Below are positions 42,621-52,546 of a DNA stretch of 64,000 bases, in pieces. A program made the translations under genes and the position numbers. Numbering within the stretch: the first letter of the stretch is position 1; every line of letters starts with the position of its first letter. Under the pieces are notes generated by a model. The model ran no database searches. It worked only from the letters and a program-made list of their open reading frames with translations, and was not told the DNA's origin. The DNA is from Candidatus Eiseniibacteriota bacterium (GTDB lineage: Bacteria > Eisenbacteria > RBG-16-71-46), in assembly GCA_044223005.1 (NCBI GenBank), contig JBGAML010000002.1, positions 32,001 through 96,000 on the forward strand, read 5' to 3'.

Positions 42621-43133
42621 TGCAGCAGGGACCCAGTGAGTCTATCGGCAGGTTGCAATCTATACCAGTACTCGTTCAATCATCCCATTTGCGCTGTTGA
42701 TCCCGATGGACTCAATGTCATCGTCGAGACGCGGCCGGGTGTTCCGGGTGCCGGTCATATCGGATTTGGACCTGCCGACGGAGAAGATGACACCTATGGC
42801 TTCTACCCAAAGACCAAGAATATCGACAATCTTGGGGGAGCCCTGCCAACGCCAGGTATAGTTAGGCGCGACGCCGACTCACCATCGGGACATCTGGAAA
42901 TTCGCACAACATTGGAGGAAGACGCTGTTATCCTCGCCCTCCTTGAAGAACGCAAGCGGCGCCCCGGGAACTACGACCTTCTCGGCCATCGAGTTTGTAC
43001 AGATTTTGTTGCCGACATGGCCAGAGCAATAGGTATTCCCGTGCGAAGCTCGTGGACGATCACACCGAACGAACTGATGCGTCATCTCCGAGAGTACATA
43101 GACCGGCATCCGGAAAGGCAAGCGCGACGCTAG
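41286..43133 (+). pseudogene. Orphan Rhs core plus C-terminal toxin cassette 2 (no convincing start)
   Basis: Homology to the first Rhs begins abruptly at about 41286; DPDGL junction followed by a different C-terminal domain. Confidence 0.75.
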
Positions 43134-43193
43134 GAAATTGACGTCCGGCCGCACGTCGCGGCACCCCGCGCACGAAAGCACTGGAGCACCGAG

Positions 43194-43538
43194 ATGAGAA
43201 TAGGAATTTTGTTTGGAGTGGCAGCGGCCACGGCAATATATACCCTAATTACAATATTCGGAGAATATCATGGCATGTTCAATGTATGGTTTGCATTATG
43301 CTGGCTTCTGTGGCCCGCCCTGCCCGGGCTGGTGTTGGCATATACCGTGCCCGCGGTGACAACGCAATCGCTCGCCGTGGTGTCTGCTCTTGTGCTTCTC
43401 AATGGCCTGCTGTATGGGTCCATGTTGCTCGCGTGGAGGCGGGCCGGAACCAATCCGGGGATGAGGCGCCTCTGGTTGGCGGTTGTCATCGGATGGATCG
43501 TGTTTGTGATCGGACGCGCTGTCTGCGAAGCATGGTAA
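43194..43538 (+). CDS. Putative membrane immunity protein for Rhs-CT2
   Basis: GGAG RBS, low GC, about four hydrophobic segments, directly after the toxin. Confidence 0.6.
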   Translation: MRIGILFGVAAATAIYTLITIFGEYHGMFNVWFALCWLLWPALPGLVLAYTVPAVTTQSLAVVSALVLLNGLLYGSMLLAWRRAGTNPGMRRLWLAVVIGWIVFVIGRAVCEAW

Positions 43539-43988
43539 TAGCGGTCCGTTCGTTAGAACATGGCGTATCGCCCATTTCGACGGCGAACTCGCGTGACGCT
43601 GTCGTAAGGCGTAGCGCAACGTGGGCAGGAAGACGCGGGCCGCGCTGGAGTTTCCCAGATCCTCGGACCACCGGTCGTAACAGGGGCTCCAGCGTGATGG
43701 GGGTGAATTGTGTGGAGTGTTGCAGCGCTCGCAAGTTCTGTTTCCGAGAGCATCGCGCTCCATCAGGGCTGGTTGAACGTGTTGGTCTGGATACTGGCAT
43801 TCGCGGGCTCTCAGACCCTCGCGTCTACGATGAAGCAACCATGCACACGTGTACCCGGATGATCAGACCGAATTGGGCGGGGCCAGCATTGTGGCCCTGA
43901 CGCGCTGGCGCGACGTCGCTCTCACTTCACCTGCGCACGCGAATCGCTAGACTGCGTCTCCGACCGTTTCCTCTCCCCGGAGGCGCCC

Positions 43989-45371
43989 ATGGCCCACGAA
44001 CCGTCCCTCGTCCGTCCCGAACTGCTGCGCGATGCCGCCGAGCGCGCGATCCGTTATCTCGGTGGGCTCGACGACCGACCGGTGCGTCCCGACCCGGCGT
44101 CGATCCCGGAGCTCGCGCGCCTGGCGGGCCCGCTGCCGGAGGGCCCCGGCGATGCGGCGGAGGCGCTGCGGCTGCTCGACGACGTGGGCTCGCCCGCGAC
44201 GATGGCCATGGCGGGCGCGCGCTTCTTCGGGTTCGTGATCGGCGCCGCGCTGCCCGCGACGGTCGCGGCGCAGTGGCTCGCGTCGGCGTGGGACCAGAAC
44301 ACGGGGCTCTGGGAGCCGACGCCCGCGACCTCGACGCTCGAGGCGATCGCGATGCGCTGGCTCGTCGAACTACTCGGGCTGCCGCCGGGGACCGATGGCG
44401 GGTTCGTGACCGGCGCGACGATGGCCAACTTCAGCGCGCTCGCCGCGGCACGGCACGAGGTGCTCACGGCCGCGGGATGGGACATCGAGGGGCGCGGGCT
44501 CTTCGGTGCGCCGGAGATCACGGTCGTGGTGGGCGCGGAGGCGCACCCGACGCTCTTCAAGTCGCTCGGGCTGCTGGGGCTCGGACGTTCGCGCGTCGTG
44601 CGCGTGCCGGTCGATGGACAGGGGCGCATGCGCGCCGACGCGCTGCCGGCGCTGAAGGGACCCACGATCGTGTGCATGCAGGCCGGCAACCTCAACACCG
44701 GCGCGTTCGATCCGTTCGAACCGGTGATCGCGCACGCGCACGCGCACGGTGCGTGGGTGCACGTCGACGGCGCGTTCGGGCTCTGGGCCGCCGCGACGCC
44801 CGCGCTCGCGCCGCAGGTGCGCGGGCTCGCGGGCGCGGATTCGTGGGCGACCGACGCGCACAAGTGGCTCAACACGCCGTTCGACTGCGGGCTCGCGTTC
44901 GTGCGCCGGCCCGACGCGCTGCGCGCCGCCATGGCGATCACGGCCGAGTACCTGCCCACCGAGACGCCGCACCGCAACCCGTCCGACCACACGCCGGAAC
45001 TCTCGCGCCGCGCGCGCGGCGTCGAGGTGTGGATGGCGCTCCGCACGCTGGGGCGTTCGGGCGTGGCCGAGATGATCGAGCGCTCGTGCCGCTGCGCGCG
45101 CCGCTTCGCGGAGAAACTGTCGGCGGCGGGCTACGAGATCGTGAACGACGTCGTGCTGAACCAGGTGCTGGTCGACTTCGGCGATCCCGACACCACGCGC
45201 CGCACGATCGCGGCGCTGCAGGCGGACGGCACGTGCTGGTGCGGCGGCACCGTGTGGCAGGGCCGCACCGCGATGCGTATCAGCCTCTCGGGCTGGGCGA
45301 CCACCGAGGCCGACGTGGACCGCAGCGTCGACGCGATGCTGCGGGCCGCGCGGGTCGCGGGGGCGAAGTGA
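43989..45371 (+). CDS. PLP-dependent group II amino-acid decarboxylase
   Basis: 'FFGFVIG', 'VTGATMAN', 'NTGAFDP', 'HVDGAFG', 'DSWATDAHKWLN.P', 'PELSRRARG'. Confidence 0.92.
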   Translation: MAHEPSLVRPELLRDAAERAIRYLGGLDDRPVRPDPASIPELARLAGPLPEGPGDAAEALRLLDDVGSPATMAMAGARFFGFVIGAALPATVAAQWLASAWDQNTGLWEPTPATSTLEAIAMRWLVELLGLPPGTDGGFVTGATMANFSALAAARHEVLTAAGWDIEGRGLFGAPEITVVVGAEAHPTLFKSLGLLGLGRSRVVRVPVDGQGRMRADALPALKGPTIVCMQAGNLNTGAFDPFEPVIAHAHAHGAWVHVDGAFGLWAAATPALAPQVRGLAGADSWATDAHKWLNTPFDCGLAFVRRPDALRAAMAITAEYLPTETPHRNPSDHTPELSRRARGVEVWMALRTLGRSGVAEMIERSCRCARRFAEKLSAAGYEIVNDVVLNQVLVDFGDPDTTRRTIAALQADGTCWCGGTVWQGRTAMRISLSGWATTEADVDRSVDAMLRAARVAGAK

Positions 45372-45850
45372 ACGCGCGGCGTCACGCGCTCGTGCCGGCG
45401 GCCGTGCTCGCGCTGGCGGTGGTCGCGGCCGCGCCGGCGCACGCCGCGCGTCCCGATGCGGCGGCCGACCGCGCGGCGGTCGCGGCGGCGATTGCACGCT
45501 ACGCCGAACTCACGCGCGCGATGGCGGACGATTCGCTGGGCGCGATGTTCCGCGCGGACGGCGAGCTGCTGCGCGAGGACGGCGCCGTGCTGCGCGGACC
45601 GTCGGAGGTGACGGGGTACCTGCGCACGTTCTCGGGCTTTCGCGTGGATTCGGCCGCCATGGTGCCGGACACGATCCTGGTGATGGGCGACGACGCGGAC
45701 GCGTGGGGGACCTTCGCCCAGGTCGTCTCGGTTCCCGATCACGGCACGGTGCACGCGCGCGGCCGCTTCGTGATCCAGTGGCGGCGCGAACGCGGCACGT
45801 GGCGCATCCGCCGCGCGCTCACGCAGTCGTTCGCGCGCCGCGAGCCGTGA
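45368..45850 (+). CDS. Secreted NTF2-like (DUF4440/SnoaL-like) protein
   Basis: Signal peptide; 'F..DG.L.......RG', 'GD.A...G.F.......G.F...WRR..G.WRI'. Confidence 0.75.
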   Translation: MNARRHALVPAAVLALAVVAAAPAHAARPDAAADRAAVAAAIARYAELTRAMADDSLGAMFRADGELLREDGAVLRGPSEVTGYLRTFSGFRVDSAAMVPDTILVMGDDADAWGTFAQVVSVPDHGTVHARGRFVIQWRRERGTWRIRRALTQSFARREP

Positions 45851-46353
45851 CGCTCCCCGAGTTGCGCACGGCGCGGCTCGTGCTGGCGCCCGCGGTCGAT
45901 CCCGCGTGGGCGGACGCGCTCGCCGCGCTCACCGTCGCGACCGAGGGCGAGACCGGGCCGCCCTCCGAGGCGCGGCTCGCGCACGCGCGGCTCACGCTCG
46001 AGCGCTCGGCGCGCGGTTTCGCGAACGGCACGTTCGGCCTGTGGCTGCTCGCGCGGCCGGGCGAGACCGCGTGGCTCGGCTGGGCGGGCCTCAAGGCGGC
46101 CGACGATCCCGCGCGGCCCGAGCTGATGTACGGCCTGCACCCGGCGGCGCGCGGCGCGGGGCTCGCGACCGAAGCCGTGCGCGCGCTCGTCGCGCACGCG
46201 TTCGAGCGGCCCGGCGTGGTCGAGGTGTGGGGCGCGACGCGGCCGGAGAACGATCCGTCCGCGCGGGTGATGGCGGCGGCGGGCCTCGTGGAGGCCGAGC
46301 CGCGCGTGCTCGACGGCACGCGCTACCGGATCTTCACCGTCGCGCGCGCCTGA
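45847..46353 (+). CDS. GNAT acetyltransferase, RimJ/RimL-like
   Basis: 'L.TARL.L.P', 'ELMYGL.P.ARG.GLATEA..A', 'PEN.PS.RV....G'. Confidence 0.85.
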   Translation: MTLPELRTARLVLAPAVDPAWADALAALTVATEGETGPPSEARLAHARLTLERSARGFANGTFGLWLLARPGETAWLGWAGLKAADDPARPELMYGLHPAARGAGLATEAVRALVAHAFERPGVVEVWGATRPENDPSARVMAAAGLVEAEPRVLDGTRYRIFTVARA

Positions 46354-46407
46354 ACCGCGAACGGGCCGCCCGGTGTGCCGGACGGCCCGCGCGGATCGCC
46401 GCGGCGC

Positions 46408-48483
46408 TCAGCGCGCCTTCGTGATCTCGTCCGCCAGCGCGTCCATGCGATAGATCTTCCGCAGCGCCTCGATCAGCGCGCGCGAGTCCACGGCCACGCA
46501 GCGCGACTGCGCGTCGGTGTAGCCGAACGTCCAGAGGAACGACTGGATGTTGCCGTCGAACACGAGCCCGACGTACTCGCCGTCGCGGTTCACGACCGGG
46601 CTGCCGGAGCTGCCGCCCACGATGTCGTCCGTGCACACGAAGTTGAGCGAGGTCGAGAGGTCCACGGCGTCCTTCGCGGCCGCCACCTTCTCGGGCAGCG
46701 CGAACGGCGGCCGGTTCCCGAACGAGAGCGCGCGGTCGTAGAGCCCGTAGAACGTGGTGTGCCACGGCACCTGCGTGGTGAGCTGCGTGTAGCCGGCGGC
46801 GCGGCCGTACGAGAGCCGCAGCGTGCCCGAGGCGTCGGGGTAGGCGTCGTGGCCGTCCAGCGCGAAGACCGCGCTCGCGATGTGGCCGCCCTCGAGCGAC
46901 TCGATGCCCTCGACGTGGTCCTCGAACCACTTCCGCTGCTCGCGGTACGGGCCGTCGAGCGCGCGCGCCCATACGATCAGCGGATCGGTCGACGCCTCCA
47001 CGCCCTTGCGGCCGGCATCGAGCAGCTGCTTGCGCACGGCGACGTCGGCGAGCGTCGTGCCCGAGACGAGCGCGTGCGCCACGTCCGACGGCGAGCGGCC
47101 GCCGAGCGCGGTCTTCACGAACGGATCGTCGGCGCCGAGCGAATCGAGGCACATCTGGAGATGTGCGGCGAGCACGAATTCCTCCATCGCCGGGTAGACC
47201 GGCGCGGGCGAGAGGAGCTGGAAGCGCTGCGACGAGAGGTTCGCGTCCTGGTATTCGCGGAAGCGCTTCTCGTTGGGCTTCTCGAGCTCGGCGGTCATGC
47301 GCACGAGGCCGTTCGCCACGTCGACCAGCCGCGACACGCGTGCGGTCTCGCGCAGCGTGCGGGCGCGGCCCATGGTGCTCAGGTCCTGCTCGGCGGCCGC
47401 GATGCGGTCCCACGCGGCGCCGTAGCGCGCCTGCAGATCCGGGTGCGTCGCGAGCCGCGCGCGCAGCGCGCCCTCGCTCGCGCGCCGCTTCGCGAGGAAC
47501 GCGGGATCGCCCAGGATCTCGAGAAAGCCGCGCTCGCGCTTGAGGTTGTTCTCGAGCCCGCGGTCGGCGCTCTTCGCCTGCCGCGCCTGCTCGGCGCCCA
47601 GCGCTTCGTAGCGGCGGTACGCGGCGAGCCGCAGCTCCTGCATGCGGATCCGCAGCGGCCGCTCGACGTCGCGCTCGTACTCGAACTGCGCCACGGTGCG
47701 GTTGCGGCTCGTGCGGCCGGGATTGCCGGCCACGAAGACGAGGTCGTCCTCCTTCGGTCCCGAGGCGCTCCAGCGCAGCCAGTGCTCGGGGTGCACGGGC
47801 TTGCCGTTCTCGTAGATGCGGAAGAACGCGAAGTCCAGGTCGTGGCGCGGGAACGAGAAGTTGTCCGGATCGCCGCCGAAGAACGCGATCGGTTCCTCGG
47901 GCGCGCACACGAGCCGCACCTCCTTGTAGGTGCGGTAGCGGTAGAGCCAGTACTCGCCGCCGTTGTAGAGCTCCACCGTCTCGGTCTTGAGCCCGGTCTT
48001 CCTCGTGGACTGCTCGGCCAGCCGGGCGAGCGCCGCCTTGCGCTGCTCGTTCTGCCTGTCGATCGGCGCCTTCGCGTCGATTCCCGCGTTGACCGCGGCC
48101 GTCACGTCCTCCATCGACCACAGCACCTTGAGCTCGAGGTCGGGGCAGGGCAGCTCCTCGGCGGCGGAACGCGCGAAGAAGCCGTCGCGCAGGTAGTCCT
48201 TGCCGGCGGAGGACAGCTTCGCCAGCTGGCTCATCGCGACGTGGTGGTTGGTGAGCACGAGCCCGTCGGGCGAAACGAACGCCCCCGAGCCGCCGCCGAA
48301 GTTGACCGAAGCGCGCTGCAGGTGCTCGGCCCATTCGCGGTTCGGCGTGAAGCCGTAGCGCCGCTGGAGCCTTTCGGCGGGGAGGTGATCGAACGTCCAC
48401 ATGCCTTCGTCGGCGAGCGCGGCCGTGGTGAGCACGCACGTCGCGGCGACGGCGATCAGGATCGGGAGGCGCATCGGGAACAT
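46408..48483 (-). CDS. S46 family dipeptidyl peptidase (DPP7-like S1 site)
   Basis: 'DEGMW', 'SG.FVS.DGL.LTNHH', 'GGD.DNF..PRH..DF.F.R.Y', 'PDA..TLRLSYG', 'DI.GGSSGSPV', 'FDGN'. Confidence 0.92.
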   Translation of the reverse strand: MFPMRLPILIAVAATCVLTTAALADEGMWTFDHLPAERLQRRYGFTPNREWAEHLQRASVNFGGGSGAFVSPDGLVLTNHHVAMSQLAKLSSAGKDYLRDGFFARSAAEELPCPDLELKVLWSMEDVTAAVNAGIDAKAPIDRQNEQRKAALARLAEQSTRKTGLKTETVELYNGGEYWLYRYRTYKEVRLVCAPEEPIAFFGGDPDNFSFPRHDLDFAFFRIYENGKPVHPEHWLRWSASGPKEDDLVFVAGNPGRTSRNRTVAQFEYERDVERPLRIRMQELRLAAYRRYEALGAEQARQAKSADRGLENNLKRERGFLEILGDPAFLAKRRASEGALRARLATHPDLQARYGAAWDRIAAAEQDLSTMGRARTLRETARVSRLVDVANGLVRMTAELEKPNEKRFREYQDANLSSQRFQLLSPAPVYPAMEEFVLAAHLQMCLDSLGADDPFVKTALGGRSPSDVAHALVSGTTLADVAVRKQLLDAGRKGVEASTDPLIVWARALDGPYREQRKWFEDHVEGIESLEGGHIASAVFALDGHDAYPDASGTLRLSYGRAAGYTQLTTQVPWHTTFYGLYDRALSFGNRPPFALPEKVAAAKDAVDLSTSLNFVCTDDIVGGSSGSPVVNRDGEYVGLVFDGNIQSFLWTFGYTDAQSRCVAVDSRALIEALRKIYRMDALADEITKAR

Positions 48484-48673
48484 CCTGCCGGCTCAGCCGG
48501 CGGATCGGGGTCCGGTCGGCGGCGCGGCGAGGGGACCGCGGAGGCGCCCGCGGCGCGGGACGCGGACGCGAGCCTGCGACGAACGGGCGGACGCGGCAAC
48601 GCCGCACCCACGAACGCGTCCGGGCCGGGTACGAGCGTGGCGCTCGCCTCCGGCCCGGCGGCGGGACCGCGCG

Positions 48674-49072
48674 TCAGCCGACGGCGACGGTGCGGACCTC
48701 GAACACGGGCGGCGCCTCGAGATGACGCTTCACCTTGCACTGGTCGGCGGCGCGCACGAGGGCGGGGTAGTACTTCTCCGGGAAGTCCTTCGGGACCTGG
48801 ATGTCGATCTCGATCCGGTCGATGTGCCCGTTCTCGGGATTCGCGCGCGTGCGCTGCACGATCTTGATGCCGTCGGTCGGTAGCTGGCGCTGCTTGCAGA
48901 AGCCGAGCACGTAGATGCCCGCGCACGTGCCGATCGAGGCGAGGAACAGCGCGAACGGCGTCGGGGCCGAAGCTTCGCCGCCGCCCGTGGCCGGCTGATC
49001 GGTGGCGACGGTGAAGCCGCCGAACTGCGCATCCACCCGGGCACCGCCCGGGAACGTGATTTCCATGTCCAT
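48674..49072 (-). CDS. OsmC/YhfA-like family protein
   Basis: 'TDQP..GGG...APTPF.LFLASIGTCAG', second Cys in 'DQCKVK'. Confidence 0.88.
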   Translation of the reverse strand: MDMEITFPGGARVDAQFGGFTVATDQPATGGGEASAPTPFALFLASIGTCAGIYVLGFCKQRQLPTDGIKIVQRTRANPENGHIDRIEIDIQVPKDFPEKYYPALVRAADQCKVKRHLEAPPVFEVRTVAVG

Positions 49073-49128
49073 CGCGTTCGTGTCCTTTCCACCGCGCGAC
49101 CGCGGCACCGATGAGACCCTTCCTCACC

Positions 49129-49161
49129 GTGGGTGCGGCGGGCGCGGCAAAGGATTCCGGG
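49129..49161 (-). promoter_or_regulatory. Putative ECF promoter (copy 2) upstream of the OsmC-family gene
   Basis: Minus strand CCCGGAATCCTTTGCC-N9-GCACCCAC, same as 33909-33941. Confidence 0.6.
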
Positions 49162-49167
49162 GGCGGT

Positions 49168-49677
49168 TCAGCGCGTCGTGGCCGGGATTTCCGGCGCCGC
49201 GGTGGCCGCGTGCGCCGGTGGCGCCGGCTTGCCGGTGAGCAGGACGACGCCGCCCAGGATCATCGCGACGGCGAGCCCCTTGCGAAACGTCATCGGCTCC
49301 TTGAGCAACCACCACCCGAGCACCACCGCGACGGCGGGCGCGAGCGTGAACGCGACCGGCTTCACGCGCGAGATGTCGTCCAGGTTGAGCGCCATGTAGT
49401 AGCAGATCATCGCGATCCCGCCGGCCGTGAGGCCGGAGCCGAGGATGAAGCGCGCGAGATCGCCGCCCTCCAGCGCGCGCAGGCCCGCGCGTGGTTCCAT
49501 CCCCCAGCGCTGCACCACCACGTACCACGCCAGCCAGAGCAGCGGCAGCGCGATCGTGGACCGCCACGCGATCGCGGTGACGGGTCCGATCTTGTGCGTG
49601 TGCAGCACCATCTTGGTGCACAGCTCGCCCACGCCCCAGCACACGCCCGCCAGCACGGCGAGCATCATCGCTTTCAT
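49168..49677 (-). CDS. EamA/DMT family membrane transporter (single repeat)
   Basis: Five TM helices; 'WG.G....K', 'YY.AL.....SRV.P', 'L.E......G...I..G..L'. Confidence 0.8.
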   Translation of the reverse strand: MKAMMLAVLAGVCWGVGELCTKMVLHTHKIGPVTAIAWRSTIALPLLWLAWYVVVQRWGMEPRAGLRALEGGDLARFILGSGLTAGGIAMICYYMALNLDDISRVKPVAFTLAPAVAVVLGWWLLKEPMTFRKGLAVAMILGGVVLLTGKPAPPAHAATAAPEIPATTR

Positions 49678-49780
49678 GGTTCGCCTCCTCGCCGCACGTC
49701 GCGGCCCATCAGAAGGCTAGCACCGGGGTGTCGCGCGACGGATCGCGCGCCACCCCGGCGGGAGCACGGTGCGCGGTCGC

Positions 49781-52546
49781 TCAGCGCGCCCTGGAGCCGC
49801 CGGACTGGAACGTGCCGACGAGGTCGCGTTCGACCGTTGGCAGCACGTGCACGTGTTCCCACGTCGAAATCCCGCGCCGGTAGACCCACGCGGGGGAGGG
49901 ATGTGCGCGCAGCCGCTTCTCGAGCGGCGCCCACGCGGCGGCCGCGGCCTGCGGCCGGCCGGCGCGAACCTCGATGCCTCCCGCGACGATCGCCGCGAGG
50001 TCGCACCACGGGCCCCACGCCAGCGCCTGCCGTGCATGTGCGCGCGCGGTCTCGATCCGGCCGTCGGCGAGATCGGCCCATGCGCGCAGCGCCTCGGCGG
50101 TCGGGTTCTGCTCGTCGAGCAGCTTCGCGGCGTCCAGCTGCACGCGAGCGGCCGCGACGCGGCCCGCGCGCAGCAGGTCGCGCGCGTAGGCGCAGCGCAG
50201 GTCGGCGACGCCGGTACGCATGCGCACCGCGGCCTCGTACTGCGCCACGGCGTCGTCCGTGCGCCCCGCGAGCGCCAGCGCCGCGGCGCGGCCCTGCTGG
50301 CCCTCCGGGTTGTCCGACTGGTAGGCGAGCACCGAGTCGAACGCGGCGAGCGCGTGACGCGCGTCGCCGTCCGCCCACGCCATGCGCCCGAGCGCGATGT
50401 CGACCTGGTAGCGATCTTCGGCGCGCACCGCGTCGCGGCTCAGTGCCAGCGTGGCGCGCGCGGTCGCGAGCCCGCGGCCCGCGTGCCACGCGGCGCTCGC
50501 CAGCGCCACGCGCACCGGCCCGCTCGAGCCGTGCACCGCGGCCGCCGCGGTGGCGACCGATTCGGCGCGCGCCGCCTGCCCGCCCAGTTCGAGCGCGCGC
50601 GCGTACGCGACCATCGCGGTCTCGTTCGCCGGGTCGAGCGCGAGCGCGCGGCGGTAGAAGGGCAGCGCCTCGGCCACGAGCCCACGTTCGATCCGGTCGT
50701 CGCCGCCGGCGGCGAGCGCGATCGGCTCGCTCGCGTGCACGTCGGTGCGGGCCATGAGCCGCTCGATCAGCCGGCGCTCGTCGGGATCGATGCGGTCCAG
50801 CCGCTCGCGCGTCACCTCGCGCGGATCGTAGGCGTCGCGCATGGGCGAGTAGAGCCCGTTGGCGCCCTCGGCGAAGTACTCGAACACGCTGCCGCCCGCG
50901 TAGCGCGACTGGTAGCCGTCGTGCGTGCGGTCGTCGCGCTCCTTGGCGCGGCGATAGAGCTCCTGGATCTCGCGGCCGTCGTCGGCGGGCAGCACGGCGT
51001 GCACCTGGTGCGAGAGCTCGTGCAGCACCGTGTTGTAGCGGTCGAAGATCGTGCGCTCGACGTCCTCGATGCCGGTCACCGTGTGGTAGCCGCCGCAGCC
51101 GCGCACGTCGTCCCAGAGCCGCGAGTCGTACTCGATCCGCTGGTCGCGCAGCGTGCCCTGTGCCGGGCACTCGGAGAGCCGCATGTACATCGGCTTGATG
51201 AAGTAGGTCGCGCCGCCCTCGACGAGCACGGGCACGTAGGCCTTCCACGGCGCGATCGAGAGCGCGACGCGCTTCTGGTGCCGCGGCGACAGCGAGCGCC
51301 AGTTGGCGACGAAGCGCTCGATCTCCGGTACGTCGGGCATGGGCATCACGGCGAAGCGCGCCTCGTAGCCCGCGCGGTGAACGTCGACCACGAACCGCTG
51401 CGCCTCGAGCGCCTTGGCCAGAACGGCGTGCGCGCGCCCGTACTCGGGGCACGAACGCAACGCCGCGAAGCAGCCGTCGCGCGCCTCGGCGAAGCGTCCA
51501 TCCTCGAAGTCGAGCGAGGCGAGACGCACGCGCGCGTCGGACCAGCCCGGGTGCGCGGCGACGATCGCGCCGTACGCCGTGCGGGCGCCGTCACGCGCGC
51601 CGGCCGCGAGCAGCGAATCCGCGCGCCGGATCGCGCGTGTGCCGCGCGCGTCGGCGAACGCCGCCGGATAGGCCGCGAAGAGTTGCGTGTAGTTGCGCCG
51701 CGCGTAGCCGTTGCCGAGCAGGTAGTGCGCGGCGTCGTGGTAGGGCGCGAGCCGCACCGCCCACTCCGCCGCCGAGATCGCCTCGTCCGTGCGCCCGGTG
51801 CGGATCAGCGTCTCCGTGAGCGCCATCAGCACGTCGGCGGTGCCGTCGTTCGCGAGCGCCTCGCGCAGCGTGGCGAGCGAGCGGTCCCACTCGCGGTGCT
51901 TCTGCTGCACGAGCGCGAGCCCCGTCAGCGCGAGCGCACGCCGCGCCGACGTCGTGTCGCCCCACGCCGGCCGCGTTGCGGGCGCGGGGCACGCGGCGAG
52001 CGCGCGCGTGAACAGCGACTCGGCGCGCGGGTACGCGAGCTGGTCGTACGCCACGCGGGCAGCGGCAAGCAGCTCGGGGATCGCCGCCGCGTCGTCGCCG
52101 CGCGCGAGCGCCACGCGCGCGATCGAATCGACGCTCGCGGCGTCGTCGCACGCGAGCCGATACGCGAGGTCGACCGAGCGCTCGCGCGGCAGCAGCCCGC
52201 CGTCCGCGCGCCACGCGGCGAGCGCGGACGGCAGCGCGGCGAAGTCCTGGCGCGCGAGCGCCACGCGCGCCGCCGCGACGGTCGCGCTGCGCGAGGTCGC
52301 ACCACTGGCGCGCATCGCGCTGTCGGCGCGATCGGGCTGCCCGGTGGCGAGCAGGAGCAGCACGCGCTCGGGGCCGAGCGGCCCGCGGTCGAGTTCCGCG
52401 ATGCGGGCGAGGCGCGCGTGATACTGCGCCGCGACCGGCGCGAAGAGGCCGGTATCGGGCGGCGTGGGTGCGGCGGCCGCCGGACGGTGGGCGAGCGCGA
52501 GCGCGGCGAGGACGAACGAGAGCGTGCGACGGATGGTCGGGGACAT
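49781..52546 (-). CDS. Secreted TPR-repeat protein with central zincin metallopeptidase-like domain
   Basis: Signal peptide; TPR-like helical repeats on both sides; 'VLHELSHQVH...YA.....EYFAEG'. Confidence 0.72.
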   Translation of the reverse strand: MSPTIRRTLSFVLAALALAHRPAAAAPTPPDTGLFAPVAAQYHARLARIAELDRGPLGPERVLLLLATGQPDRADSAMRASGATSRSATVAAARVALARQDFAALPSALAAWRADGGLLPRERSVDLAYRLACDDAASVDSIARVALARGDDAAAIPELLAAARVAYDQLAYPRAESLFTRALAACPAPATRPAWGDTTSARRALALTGLALVQQKHREWDRSLATLREALANDGTADVLMALTETLIRTGRTDEAISAAEWAVRLAPYHDAAHYLLGNGYARRNYTQLFAAYPAAFADARGTRAIRRADSLLAAGARDGARTAYGAIVAAHPGWSDARVRLASLDFEDGRFAEARDGCFAALRSCPEYGRAHAVLAKALEAQRFVVDVHRAGYEARFAVMPMPDVPEIERFVANWRSLSPRHQKRVALSIAPWKAYVPVLVEGGATYFIKPMYMRLSECPAQGTLRDQRIEYDSRLWDDVRGCGGYHTVTGIEDVERTIFDRYNTVLHELSHQVHAVLPADDGREIQELYRRAKERDDRTHDGYQSRYAGGSVFEYFAEGANGLYSPMRDAYDPREVTRERLDRIDPDERRLIERLMARTDVHASEPIALAAGGDDRIERGLVAEALPFYRRALALDPANETAMVAYARALELGGQAARAESVATAAAAVHGSSGPVRVALASAAWHAGRGLATARATLALSRDAVRAEDRYQVDIALGRMAWADGDARHALAAFDSVLAYQSDNPEGQQGRAAALALAGRTDDAVAQYEAAVRMRTGVADLRCAYARDLLRAGRVAAARVQLDAAKLLDEQNPTAEALRAWADLADGRIETARAHARQALAWGPWCDLAAIVAGGIEVRAGRPQAAAAAWAPLEKRLRAHPSPAWVYRRGISTWEHVHVLPTVERDLVGTFQSGGSRAR

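Noticed and set aside
43540..43900. Lower-GC stretch after the second immunity gene as a third cassette or mobile element
   Set aside because: No Rhs core, transposase, terminal repeats or credible ORF seen.
46605..46625. GGSSGSP instead of GGNSGSP in the S46 peptidase
   Set aside because: Catalytic Ser and the other motifs are intact; a minor variant.
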